Below are positions 15,810-33,513 of a stretch of 64,000 bases of DNA, piece by piece. The translations under genes were made by a program, and so were the position numbers. Source of the DNA: the human T2T-CHM13v2.0 reference genome, Homo sapiens; NCBI RefSeq assembly GCF_009914755.1, contig NC_060933.1. One strand, 5' to 3'. The notes below the pieces were generated by a model that saw only the letters and a program-made list of their open reading frames with translations, had not been told where the DNA came from and made no database searches. The first letter of the stretch is position 1. Every line of letters begins with the position of its first letter.

Positions 15810-16180
15810 CTGGTTCTGGGCTGAATCTAGGTTGGCACCCTGTCCCCCAGCAGCTCAGAATGTGGCTGCGTTTGGGGACAGGATTTTTACAGAGGTCATT
15901 AAGGTACAATGAGGTGATTTTGGGTGGGCCCTAATCCCACAGGACTGGGGAGCTCATAACAAGAAGAGATGAAGACACAGACACTCAGAGGAATGATCTT
16001 GTGAGGACACAGGAGGAAGACAGCCTCCGCAAGCCAAGGTGAGGAGACTCCAGAGAAACCAGCCCTGCCCACCAGCACCTTGATTCGGGACTTCCAGCCT
16101 CCAGGACTGCAAGAATAAATGTGTGTTGTTTGAGCCCCAGCCTGGGGTTATTTTGGTGTGGCCGCCCGAGCTGACTCACA
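15810..16180 (+). mobile_element. MLT1-type MaLR solo LTR
   Basis: Typical motifs gggtgggccctaatcc, gacttccagcctccaggactg and aataaatgtgtgttgttt. Confidence 0.8.
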
Positions 16181-17277
16181 GCCCCCAGTGAGACCCCAAC
16201 TCCAGCTGTTCCCTAAGAAACCCAGGCTCCCCGAGTGGCACCCACAAAGCCCCAGGCATTGCCCTCCTCGCTGCAGCAGCTCTGGAAAACCCTGTGGATC
16301 CAGGAAGAGGCAGGCCCTTCAGAGCCCAGGGTCTCCCTTCCCTCCCCTGGAGAGCAGCAGGTCCCAAGGGTCTCGAAATCTAGCTTCTGAGGTGACCGAG
16401 GACTGAAAGGGATGATGTGGTGAAGGCTGAGCCCAGGTCTGGCACATCTTAGGTGGGCAACAGATTTTAGCTAAAATTATTCTTATTATCAGTATTAATG
16501 TCTCTCTGTTCCTCACCTGGGTCTTCTCCTAGACTGAAAGCCTACCCAGGGCAGGGCGAACCTCAGGAAGCTTGTAAGTCCAGAGCCAAGCTCACTGGGT
16601 GCACCACAGCCCGGGCTGCAGCTGCGGCAGGCCCTGCCTGCAGCCGCCTGTGGCCTCCATGGACAGACGGCCCTGGTGACCCCCACCTGAAAACCAAACT
16701 GAAACCTGGAGGAGGGGCTGCCCGGTGCACCGATTTCAAGGAGCAGTTCCAGAGTCGGCCTCTGGTCACCAGGGGTTGGTGCGTTCCTTCCTTCCCCAAG
16801 ACACCCATGTGGGAGGTCAGGTGGGAGTCAGGGAATCAGGGAAATACTGTGGGACCCCAAGCCAGCTGAGCCCTGGGAGCACCAACGGGAAACGCCAACG
16901 AGTGCTGAGCCCTCCCGGCACGATCCAGGAAACCCTCTCAGCTCCACCAGGCGGTGAAACACCACCTCTGCGAATCTGCGTTCCGGGGCCTGGGGCTGTC
17001 CAGCGGAAACACAGCTCAGCCACATTTAAGGAGGCAAAAAAAAAAAAAAAGCAGCGGAAATTCATCCTGGTAATGTATTTTTGTTAAACCCAATATACTC
17101 AAATATAAAGAATTATTAATGAGATTTTTTTGCATTTGTTTTTCTACTAAGTCTTCAAAATAGGACCTGGTCTTTATACCAGAACACCACATCCCAGGGC
17201 AGACCAGCCCCATTTCCAGTGGCAATACCCCTCCCACACAGGGTGGATCGATAAAAATAAGAAAACTGTGAAAGCAC

Positions 17278-17942
<665 letters not shown>

Positions 17943-17954
17943 TAGGTCAGCGCA

Positions 17955-18212
17955 GATGTTCTCACTCATTGGTGGGAATTGAACAATGAGAACACATGGA
18001 CACAGGGAGGGGAACATCACACTCCGGGGCCTGTTGTGGGGTGGGGGGAGAGGGGAGGGATAACATTAGGAGATATACCTAATGCTAAATGACGAGTTAA
18101 TGGGTGCAGCACACCAGCATGGCACATGTATACATATGTAACAAACCTGCACGTTGTACACATGTACCCTAGAACTTGAAGTATAATAATAATAAAATTA
18201 AAAAAAGAAAGA
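17955..18212 (+). mobile_element. 5'-truncated young L1PA 3' UTR
   Basis: atgttctcactcattggtgggaattgaacaatgagaac...G-rich tract...gtaccctagaacttgaagtataataataataaa, then an A tail. Confidence 0.93.
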
Positions 18213-18224
18213 ACGGGGAAGCTT

Positions 18225-18530
18225 CCAGGCCTTCGCGAGCCCAGCGCAGCCTCCCGGGCCGGGCGAGGGGTTTGCGGCTGATTCTCCGCGCGTCTCAGCC
18301 TGACCCACCGGCTCCCCGCCGCTCCGGGAAGCGCGCGCTCGCCCCCTGCTGGACGCTCGCGGCCCTGCGCCCAGCGCGTTCGGTGGAGGGACCCTGGCAC
18401 CCAGCGGGCGGAGCCGGCATTTCTGCAGGAAGGAGCCAGGTGGACGCCGGAAAACCCAGGCACCAAGATGAAAACACGTAATACACCTGGTGTTCAGATC
18501 CGAAGTAATGCAGGAATATCCGCGGGGCAC
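18225..18530. promoter_or_regulatory. Small CpG island with CTCF-like motif
   Basis: High CpG density relative to flanks. Minus strand 18337-18354 reads GTCCAGCAGGGGGCGAGC, close to the CTCF core. Confidence 0.6.
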
Positions 18531-18649
18531 AAAGTGTCAGATGCTAAAAGCAGCTCTGAATGGTGGGGTGGGGTCCTTCTCGGCTGTGGGGAAACTGAGG
18601 TAATTTGACTGACTCAGCTGCCCGAGGTTCTTTCTGGAAGATTCTTTCT

Positions 18650-18995
18650 CAGTCAGCGCAGACTGCCACAACAAAACGCCACAGACCAGGGCCTTAAACA
18701 TTCAGTTCTGACCGTTCTGGAGGCCGGGAGGTCCTAGATGAAGGGGCCAGCTGGTTCCAGGTCTGGTGAGACCCACGATTGCAGACTCACGGCTGCCCCA
18801 CTGCGTCCTCACGCAGCCTTTCCCGGGATGCGCAGGGGGAGAGCTCTGGCCTCCCCTCCTCTTCCGAGAAGGTCATTAACGCTGTCAGATCGGGGCCCAC
18901 CCTTACAACCTCACTGAGCTGCATCACCTCCAAAGGCCCTGTCTCCAAATAGCCACACAGGGTCTGGGAGCCAAGGTCTGAACCCGGGGACATAA
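18650..18995 (-). mobile_element. MLT1-type MaLR solo LTR (diverged)
   Basis: gttctggaggccgggaggtcc..., cccaccct..., gccctgtctccaaatagccaca are typical of antisense MLT1. Confidence 0.65.
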
Positions 18996-19699
18996 TTCAC
19001 TCCACAGCACAGGGACCTAAATACATGAAGCCACTGGCGCAGACCTGGTGGTGCAGTCGCTGGAGAGGTGGCTGGTTCCCCAGAACCCCCGCTAGAGCTG
19101 CCCGGCAGCCTCCAACCCCACGCAGGTCGGGAGGTCTGCGGCCCGGCTCCCACGCTGCACCGGGACTGCCTGCCTGATCCGAGAGGCCCCTGCGTTGCAC
19201 AGCAGGCTTCACTGCCTCTCTTAGGGGACAGGCCACAGGGCCACCCGGCGTGGCCACCTCCAGCCCACAGGGTCCAGCCGGATTCGGGGATGACAGTGAC
19301 CCCTCCCCACGGAGGGCCTTCTGCTTCCAGAAGAAGGGTCCTTGAAGAGGCCCTTGCAGGGCCTCTAAGCTCACGGATGCTTTATCCCCACGACTCCCCA
19401 TAGAGGGGCCTGCGGTCACCCAGGGGCCAACAGGAGCCATGGGCAGCCTCTGTCCACACCCAGCTGAGGCCCTGCCCCATGGGTTGGAAGATGGACGGGA
19501 ATCATTGGTTCCTTCCGGCACGTCCATCCACACAAAACTGATTCCTTTGGAGATTTTGCAAAAGGTTCTAGTCTTTCCTCAAAAAAGTGCGCCGGGGGTT
19601 GTGGTGAGGATTCTGTTCCTCTTTCTCTTTTAAACAAGGCAGAGACGTCCCCCTTCATAGCCATCCCCTACGCTGACCAGTGGTTTCTCATTAAAAAAT

Positions 19700-20275
19700 G
19701 AAAAGTGCTTTCCCCAAAGAACTGAAAACAGGCATTCCAGCAAAAACCTGCACACACATGTTCCTGGCAGCATTGTTCACAATGCCCCTGCAAATGTCCA
19801 TCCACAGAGCAATGTGGTCACAGCGTGTGGTCCATCCATACAGTGGGATATTACTCAGCCAGAAAAGAAAGGAAATTCTGGGCCATGAAAACATTACGCT
19901 AAGTGGAAGAGGCCGGTTACAAGAGGACACACGTGGTGTGATTCCTTTTCCACGACATGTGAGGAGTGAACAAATCCACGGAGACAGAGGGAACAGAGCT
20001 TCCCGGGGCTGTGGGGGCCAGGAGTGGGGAGCCACTGCCTCATAGGGACGGGGCTTCGGCCTGGAGGCCTGAAAACGTCCTGAAACTAGCTGGAGGTCGT
20101 GGTTACGCAACACCATGAATGTCTAAACACCCCCAAGCTGTGCACCTGAAAATGATTCATCCAATCATCCACTTTAAATACGTGCGGTTCTCAGACATCG
20201 GTTCTACCTCAATAAAGTGGTCTGTAAAAACAGTTAATTTTATGTTATGTGGACTTTACCCCAATTTTTTAAAAC
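19700..20275 (+). mobile_element. Old L1M 3' end fragment
   Basis: atgttcctggcagcattgttcacaatg, aaaacattacgctaagtggaagaggcc and aattttatgttatgtg are L1MB-like 3' UTR motifs. Confidence 0.8.
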
Positions 20276-20446
20276 AGTGCTTCCATCCCTTGCAGGGCTC
20301 TGTCTAGCAAGGACCCAGCTGTGAAGCTTGTGGTGGCTTTTAGGGGAGCTCCAGGTTACTTGGGGGTCTTTGAATCCCAACACCCATCCTAGTGTCCACA
20401 GCTGATCCCTCTCGCCCCCCAGACACAAAGGAAAAAGGTGTGCGAA

Positions 20447-20748
<302 letters not shown>

Positions 20749-20810
20749 TCAGCCTGGGCAACACAGCGAGACCTCACCTCTAAAAACGATAACATGGCCC
20801 CAAGTCCTTG

Positions 20811-21233
20811 CCCCTCTTCCCATCAAGACGTGGGGTCTCTACCCCCCACCCCCACTGCCCCTCTTCCCATCAAGACGTGGGGTCTGTACCCCCTACCCAC
20901 ACTGACCCTCTTCCCATCGAGAGGTGGGGTCTCCACCCCTTACCCACACTGACCCTCTTCCCATTGAGAGGTGGGGTCTCCACCCCTTACCCACACTGAC
21001 CCTCTTCCCATTGAGAGGTGGGGTCTCTACCCCTTACCCACACTGACCCTCTTCCCATTGAGAGGTGGGGTCTCTACCCCTTACCCACACTGACCCTCTT
21101 CCCATTGAGAGGTGGGGTCTCTACCCCTTACCCACACTGACCCTCTTCCCATTGAGAGGTGGGGTCTCTACCCCTTACCCACACTGACCCTCTTCCCATT
21201 GAGAGGTGGGGTCTCTACCCCTTACCCCCACTG
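20811..21233. repeat. 47-bp VNTR, about 9 copies
   Basis: Unit ccctcttcccattgagaggtggggtctctaccccttacccacactga repeated at 47-bp spacing. Confidence 0.97.
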
Positions 21234-22160
21234 CCAAACCTGGACCAGCTGTGACTGCTTTCAATGGCAGGCAGTGGCAGTGAGGCCAGGTGTGTTTGGA
21301 GACTGGACAGCACAGGCCAGTGGCCTCACCTGACACTCCGACTCAAGAAGCTCCCTTTCCGAGCCTGGTCATCATGCTGGGAGAAACCCAAGCCACACAG
21401 GAGGCCACGAGCTCGTGCTTTGGTGGACAGTCACCACTGAGCCCGGCTCAGCGCACATATGTGATGGTCCAGCTTCAAGTCCCCTTAGTGTTGGCACCGT
21501 CCCATTTGACCCCAGACAACATGGAACAGAATCAAAGCCACTCCATTGCGTCCTGCGTGAATTCCTGACCTCCAGCTCCGCCAGCATAATGAAATAGTGG
21601 CTGCTTCATCTTACCCAATTCAGCTTGGGGTGGTTTGTTACACAGAAGCCAATATTTGACTTTATTTGACTGATGGCTGTCCAAAAGCTTACAATTTGAA
21701 CAGCCTGACATGGATGCTGTTTTCTGCCTAAAAACTCATATTTTGCAAACTACTGAGTGCAAGTTTACTTTAATGACCTGTGAGCTTGGCCGTGTAAAGA
21801 CTTGCTGAAAGCCAGCCGTATTATCAGAAAGCACGGAGCCAGTTTGCAAGCTCTCGTATTGCTCAGAACTCTTTCAGTGGTAAGGGGCAGAGATGGGACC
21901 CACGCTAGCTACCAGCAGAAAGGAAGCTACCGGCAGGGTGGTACCTCGGGCTGGCTCCAGAGACACATGCACGCACACATGCACGCACACATGCATGCAC
22001 AGGCACACACATATGTGCACACACACATACATACACGGGAAGCATTCTATTGCTATATGGTGAAACTTGTGGTCATTTTATTTCCTCATGAGCTGCAATT
22101 GTGGGTTTATCAGATGTTTCTGCCACTTTCCTTCTCTCTCTCTTCCTCTCTCTCTCTCTC

Positions 22161-22527
22161 TGCTATCATTTGAATAAACATATCGCTCCAGAATTCATAT
22201 ACTGAAATGTAATGGATTAAGAGATGGGGCCTTGGGCAGGTGACTGAGTCATGAGGGCCTCCCTCACGGATGGGATTAGTGCCCTTATAAAAGGGCTGGA
22301 GGAAACTAGCTAGGCCACTTTTGCCCTCCCGCCCCTTCCACTAAGTGAGGCCAGAACGTAGCAACCAGACACCATCTTGGAAGCAGAGAGCATTCTCATC
22401 AGTCGCCAGACCTGCTGGTGCTGTGATCTTGAACTTCCAACCTCCAGAATTGTAAGCAATGTATTTGTGCTGTTTATAAATTACCCAGTCTAAGGGATTT
22501 TGTTAGCAGCATAAACAGACCAAGACA
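22161..22527 (+). mobile_element. MST/MLT1A-type MaLR solo LTR
   Basis: tgctat...gggattagtgcccttataaaag...cttgaacttccaacctccagaattgtaag...caagaca, with ctctc on both sides. Confidence 0.8.
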
Positions 22528-24390
22528 CTCTCTCTCAGTTTCTTGGCTCTCTCTCCGTTGGCCTCATTTTCTCCTGCAAATGAACCTCGTCCATTTGGCC
22601 AGCAGGAGGGAGGATGTGGCTGCAGGCCACCAGGCTAACAGCCCCTCAGGTCAACAACACCCCCATGGAACCTCTTCCTCTCTTCAGCGTGTGTCATACG
22701 TGTACACACATGCATACACACATACAGGAAGCACTCTATCTTTACATAGTGAAGCTTGTGGTCATCATTTTATTTCCTCGTGAGCTGCAATGGTAAGAAT
22801 TCCCTGAAAATTCCCCCACTGGCAGGCCACAGCGTGCTTAAACAACATCAAATCCAACGCATCTCACTGTATCACTGAACTATAGTTAGAGGTTTTGTTT
22901 TGAAAATTAGTTGACAACTTCAGCGCTTTTGTCATTTTTATGTTCACCAGCACAAAGATGAGCTTTTAGGTGCTCAGGAAGGGCAAGCCAGGTGACCGTC
23001 TTCCATGCAGCAGGGACTCTACTTAAATTCAGTGTTTTTCCAAAGCCCCTTTCTACTCCAAAAGCACCCATCTTATAATCAATATGCTGGGAGCACTCAG
23101 TTTCTCTCCCTGCATGACCAAGTTAATCAACAGCAGAGGCTGCATTAATCAGCTTTGTTGCAGTAACAAACACGCCCAGAACGTGCCCCAGTGCTGGCAT
23201 CTCAGGTGGGCTCAGGTGGGCTGCAGATCAGCCACTTGTTTGCTCATTCCTGGAGCAGCAGGAATTCCTGGACCATTCCAGTCCCTACTGGAGACATGCT
23301 GGTGGCAAAGTCTTCCTTACCAAGCTTAAACAAGTGTCATGAAGTCTTTTTTCTTTAACACTGGCCTCTGGTAGCCTCTGCTCAGATGGGCTTTTGTCCT
23401 GGCATCCCCTTGACATTGGCCAAAGCTGGTCTCAGACCAAGCCCAGCAATGGGATCTCGGCATGTGCCTCCAGGAAGAACTGCAAACTGAATGTCGATGA
23501 TTCGAATGCATAACCCCTGCGGGGCTAGAGGACACACAGATGCACACAGTTCACCGCAGACCCTCTCAGGGGCCACCCAGACCAGCCGTGTTGGGAAGGA
23601 CGCTGTTGGAAAGGCTTCCTCCTGGGCTGTGGTTTGAGCCTCTCTGAGGTGTCTCCTGCTCTCTCCAGAATGGAATGGAAGGGAGGTGGGTCTCAGATTT
23701 CTGAAGAGCAGCTGCCTAAGCCTGGAGTTTCAGGTGATTGAGTGTGTTGGTGGGTGGGGGGTAGTGAGGAAAGCAAAGGAAAGAAATAAGCTCTTGGCTT
23801 GGACTTGAAGGGCTGCCTGGCGCTGTCCTGCTTCGGGGCTGAGGGGAGGAGCTGAGGCAGGTGAAGGCCTTGGTGGCCCTGGACCCATCAGAACCCAACA
23901 GCTCTCCATGGCAGCACCCGCCCCAGCCAGACCATGAGCCTTGGCTGAGATCTTGCTTCTGGGAATGAGGTCAGGCCCTGCTGTTCAGGGGGGGCCCCCA
24001 AGGCTGCTCCTGCCTCCCGCCTAATTCAGCCCTATTTCTTAGAGGGCTCACCGTGACTCAAACACCCCAGCAAGCAAGACACTCACGTTCCCTCCTTCCT
24101 TGACCTGCACCGCCAGCCTCTCTCAAGAGAAATGGCCGCCAGTGGATCCAGGGTCCCCAAGGTGTTTGTTTCTGGAAATTTCCACGGTGGCCAGGCCTCT
24201 AAACATGAGGTCAAGATGCCACCTGTCCTGGCTCGTCTCTCATTGCGTTTCCCTGTGTATGAAGCGACCTTCCTTTGATCCAGAGCACAAAAATGCATGG
24301 AATATTCTGCAAGGACCACAGGGAGACTTTTAGTTTCCAAATGTCAGCTGGAAAATAACAATATGGGAGGTAGGATAAAAAATCCATTGC

Positions 24391-24805
<415 letters not shown>

Positions 24806-24814
24806 CTAAGATGA

Positions 24815-25767
<953 letters not shown>

Positions 25768-26600
25768 GCAGGTGGGTTTCTTAAAAAGATGTCGAATAAG
25801 GGAAAATATTTGCAATGAAATGTAAAAATTGCTACTCCAAAGAACATTTTTAATTATTGCTTTGAAGCTGGGAAGTGTCTTGGGAGGATGTGAAATTTGG
25901 GAGATTCGTTTCCTTTATTTCTTGGTGCAGTTATTGGGTACCCCCTCATCCTCGGCTTGCTCTGGCTGGGCCCCCCAGGCTGATCCTCGGGCTTTCTGGG
26001 GCACCCTGGCTGAAAACAACATAAAACCTCAAGCGCCAAGCCGTCTCTAGCTGGGAAAAGAAAAAGATGCTGTAACTCAGCTGGACATTGCTGCTAAGCC
26101 CCCCACTCTCTCCCCGAAGCCAGCATTCCCTCCTGTATTTATTCCACAAATGTTTATTGAGCATCTTCTATGTGCCAGACACATGCATCCACCAACTGAG
26201 ACTCACTTTCAGGTCAGAACGTTTAAACCAATTAATTCTCTGCTTGTCTTAAATCAATCACCACAGAAAAGGCCTGAATTACAGGCTGTACTAATCTCAG
26301 TGGGTCTCGGTGGGAGGTCTTCCCTTGATAATAAACATATTTTTACACAACATAGAAAACCTATTTTTTCCCCCTCCCAAAACTCAGATTCCCATTTCCC
26401 TGGTCCTGAAAGATTAATTTGAAGCAAGGTCTCCCACTGGCAGCACTGCTGACATTGGTGCTGGGTAATTTGTCCTGGGGGCTGTCTGAGCCCTGTAGGA
26501 CCGTCAGAGGCATTTGAACCAGAGTGACTCCTCCATCTTGAACAGGGGCTGGGTAAAATAAGGCTGAGACCTGCTGGGCTGCACTCCCGGGAGGCTAGGC

Positions 26601-26958
<358 letters not shown>

Positions 26959-27379
26959 TCACGGGATGAGATAGGAGATCGGCACAAGATACAGGTCACA
27001 AAGACCCTGCTGATACAACAGGATGCAGTAGAGAAGCCGACCAACACCCACCAAAACCAAGATGGCGATGAAAGTGCCCCCTGGTGGTCCTCACTGCTCG
27101 TTATATGCTAACTATAATACATTAGCACGATAGCAGACACTCCCACCCAGGCCATGACAGTTTACAGATGCCATGGCAACGTCGGGAAGTTACCCTATAT
27201 GGTCTGATAAGGGCAGGAACCCTCAGTTCAGGGAAATCTCCACCCCTTTCCTGGAAAACTCATGAATAACTCACCTCTTGTTTATCATAGAATCAAGAAA
27301 TACCATCAAATAGCCAACCAGCATTCCATGCTGCTGTTCTGCTATGGAGTGGCCATTCTTTTATTCCTTTAACTTTCCC

Positions 27380-27666
27380 TTTTTTTTTTTTTGACAGAGT
27401 CTTGCTCTGTCGCCCAGGCTGGAGTACAGTGGTGTGATCCCACTGCACCCTCCGACTCCTGGGTTCAAGTGATTCTCCTGCCTCAGCCTCCCGAGTAGCT
27501 AGGATTACAGGCACGTGCCACCATGCCCGGCTAATTTTGTATTTTTAGTAGAGACAGGGTTTCTCCATGTTGACCAGGCTGGTCTCAAACTCCTGATCTC
27601 AGGTGATCTGCCCGCCTCGGCCTCCCAAAGTGCTGGGATTACAGGTGTGAGCCACTGCACCCAGCC
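27380..27666 (-). mobile_element. Alu
   Basis: Antisense dimer within MER41; flanked by tattccttt repeats. Confidence 0.93.
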
Positions 27667-28702
27667 TATTCCTTTACTTTCTTAATAAACTTGCTTTCAC
27701 TTTACTCTATGGACTCTCCCCAAATTCTTTCTTTCATGAGGTCCAAGAACCATTTATCGGGGTCTGGATCAGGACCCCTTTCTAGTAGTAAGACATTTAT
27801 CCGCATGACTGGCACCCACCCACCAGATGCCAACAGCCCCTCAGGGTGACAACCACAGATATCCCCAGCCATTGCCACCTGTGCCCTGGGGGCAAGGTCA
27901 GCTCGTCGAGAGCCACTGATTTAGAGGGACTCAGTTTCCTAGGGGTTGGCTGTCTGCTGAGCCTGCTTAGAGAAACGAACGGTCTCATGCATAGGCTGTG
28001 GGAGAGGTCTTCGCAAATCACTTGACCAGGAGCGTTTTCTTCAGGGAAAAGCCCCGTGGAAGACGACAGTTTTACCAGGAAATTTCCTAATGGCGAATCT
28101 TGACAGTCTTCCTCCCCTCCCCATTCATGCCTCACGCTCTCCACAGTTATTAGAAATGCTATTGCAGCTTTCTGTCTTTGACTAGGCTTTGTCATTCCTG
28201 ACACGTTCTCAGCGGCCTCTTCCACTAAACACGGTTGGAGTGAATTTTCTGAGGGAAATTATAAGGGAAGCCTTTCATCTGGGATCTCACAGGGAAGGGA
28301 CGTTCCCACCACACAGTCGCAGAAACGACAAACAACTTCCCTAATTGATTCAAAAAGAGAAGGCCCTGGAGGCTGCCTGGGAGCGGGGCTTCCTCTCTGA
28401 AATGCTGCCCAGCTTGGCATTTCTTATTTCTGTGAGTTCTTCCTGTCCCTAAGGGCTGGTGCCCAGCTCTGGCCTGGAGGAGTCGGCTCACACCCACCCA
28501 GCCCAGAGCCAGGACCCAGGCTTCTCGGAGGGTAAATGACCCTCGCAGCCTTTCCTCCTATGAAGGAGCAGAAAGGAAAAATGATTATTTTCCATGCAAG
28601 GCTGTTATACAAACAAGTGTCATACCAAGCCGCAGACAATGAAAGAGTAAAGTGCCCAGTTCTTTTTCTTTCAAAGGAAAATCTGGTGAAATTCATCCTA
28701 TT

Positions 28703-29705
28703 AAAACCACCTTTGCAGGCCAGGCACAGTGGCTCAACACCTGTAATCCCAGCACTTTGGGAGGCCGAGGTGGGCAGATCACTTGAGGTCAGGAGTTCAA
28801 GACAAGCCTAACCAACATGGCAAAATCCCATCTCTATTAAAAATACAAAAAAAATCAGCTGGGCATGATGGCACGCGCCTGTAATCCCAAGTACTTGGGA
28901 GGCTGAGGCACGAGAATCCCTTGAACAGGGGAGGCGGAAGTTGCAGTGAGCCAAGATCGCACTACTGCACCCCAGCCTGGGTGAAAGAGCCAGACTCCGT
29001 CTCAAAAAAAAAAAAAAAAACCACACATCTTTGCAAAACTTATAACAGTGTAACCTCCAAACTGCCCTTAGTCATTCTTGGGTATGGTCCATGCTAACTT
29101 TGGGAGACATTTAGCTCATAGTTTAAATGATAACAGCCCCTCCCCCAAACTCAACTGCCCTTGTGAAGCTAAAGAAAGACCACCAGCTTAGGAGGATGAG
29201 AGGGGCCCGCATTCTGCTAAGGTGTAGACATAAATGATTATCAGCCATTGTCCCAGAACTCGTAAGATTTGCGACTTCCCCAATTACTCCTGCACATAAC
29301 ATCATTGGGGAACTTAAGATTGGCCTTTTGAGATGTCTTTTCATGCTTTCCCATCTCTGTCCACTGACAGTCCCACTCTGACCTTGAGTCAAGAGTCCTA
29401 GCTCTTGACTCAGCTGGTCCTGTGTCTTCACCCAGAAGTGAACTCAGCGCCAAAGGACTGTTTTCCATACCCTGTGACTGTATCCCCAGCCAATCAGTGG
29501 CACCCATTCCCTGGCCCACCAAATTCTCCTTGAAAAACGCTAGCCTCCAAATTTTAAGGGAGGCTGATTTGAGTAATAGTAAAACTCCGGTCTCCCATTC
29601 GGCTGGCTCTACACGCATTAAACTCTTTCTCTATTGCAATCCCGCTGTCGTGATAAATCGGCTCTATCTGGGCAGCAGGCAAAATGAACCCATTGAGCGA
29701 TTACA
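28703..29705 (+). mobile_element. LTR8-type solo LTR (Alu inserted near its 5' end)
   Basis: aaaccacctttgca start; gctaactttgggag; end gataaatcggctctatctgggcagcaggcaaaatgaacccattgagcgattaca. Confidence 0.8.
28718..29020 (+). mobile_element. Alu
   Basis: Alu dimer with A tail. Confidence 0.95.
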
Positions 29706-29829
29706 GTCAGTTTATTCCACCAAAGAACTTGTTTAAATTATTTGAACTTAATAAATCATCACTATATGCACTTTTTTTCCCTCCAGCTTTATTGAGGGAT
29801 AGTTGAGAAGTAAAAACATGTATATATTC

Positions 29830-30234
<405 letters not shown>

Positions 30235-30310
30235 TCATGTGTGCAGGGGGGGCGGAGGGTATTAAGAGGGTTGAGGATATTTAAGAACTACTCTCTTAGA
30301 ACATTTCAAG

Positions 30311-31200
<890 letters not shown>

Positions 31201-31394
31201 CAAGTATACAACACTTTGCCAGTAACCATGGCCCCATCGGTTAGCTCCCTGGCACGTGCTCAACTTAGAACTGAAACTTGGTACCTTTGGCCAACATCTC
31301 CCCACTTCTGCCACCCAAAATATGTACTTTTTTAAAAGTTAAAATGCTACAACAGACAATCCTAAAACCAAGATGACCCCTAAAATTTCTTTCA

Positions 31395-31737
<343 letters not shown>

Positions 31738-31926
31738 CCTGAACAATCACCTAAAGGATCATTTTAAAAAAAAAAAAAAAAGCCTTTAATATTTACCTGA
31801 AAAGCATGAGTGTGGGCCTTCTGCTATGAATATGGCTTTGTAAATCAGAATTTGTATCACCTAGAAATCAGATATTAATAAAACAATAAAGGGAAATTTT
31901 TAACTCTATTTATAGTGGATACTACG

Positions 31927-32372
31927 TGTCAGAGGTGTTTGAACCAGAGCAACTCCATCTTGAATAGGGGCTGGGTAAAACAGAGCTCAGACCTACTGGG
32001 CTGCATTCCCAGGAGGTTAGGCGTTCTTAGTCACAGGATGGGATGGGAGGTCAGCACAAGATACAGGTCACAAACACCTTACTGATAAAATGAGATGCAA
32101 TAAAGAAGCCGGCCAAAACCCAGCAAAACCAAGACAGCGATGAGAGTGGCCTCTGTTCGTCCTCATTGCTCACTCTACGCTAATTATAATGCATTAGCAT
32201 GCTGAAAGACACTCCCACCCACACCATGACAGTTTACAAATGCCATGGCAACATTAGGAAGTTACTCTATGTGGTCTAAAATGGGGAGGAACCCTCAGTT
32301 CTGGGAATTGGCCACCCCTTTCCCAGAAAACTCTGGAATAATCCACCCCTTGTTTAGCATAGGATAGAGCAT

Positions 32373-32380
<8 letters not shown>
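31927..32380 (+). mobile_element. MER41B-type LTR, 3'-truncated
   Basis: tgtcagaggtgtttgaaccagagcaactccatcttgaataggggctggg...; tandem GAS motifs; fused to an Alu at gccattct. Confidence 0.88.
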
Positions 32381-32772
<392 letters not shown>

Positions 32773-33211
32773 ATTTTTAAAAAAAGTGTGAAAAATCATT
32801 TTTAAAGTGTTGAAAAAGCATTTAACTCTATGATAAAGACCATAAAACAGAAACACAAAACCTCAGGGGAAAAATGGCAAGGGAGAAAATGTGAGCTGGC
32901 AAAATTCAGGGAAAAATTGAAAAATAAATGAACATCACAGAAATAAAGATGAAAAACAAGAGACGGAATCCTGAAGAAAATACAGAGAGGCTTATATGAG
33001 GACAGAAATTAGGGAAAAAATTAAATAAGATTAGTGACAGCTACTAAAAGGATAAAAAAGTAAGATACAGACATGTGAGACAAAGAAGATCCAATGCCTG
33101 CGTTACAGGAGTCCATAAGAAAGAAAAACGAGACAATGGAGCGGACACATTTTAAAGATCTAATTAAAGAACGATTTAAAAAAAGAATCTTTGGAGACAA
33201 TCAGGCAAAAT

Positions 33212-33513
<302 letters not shown>

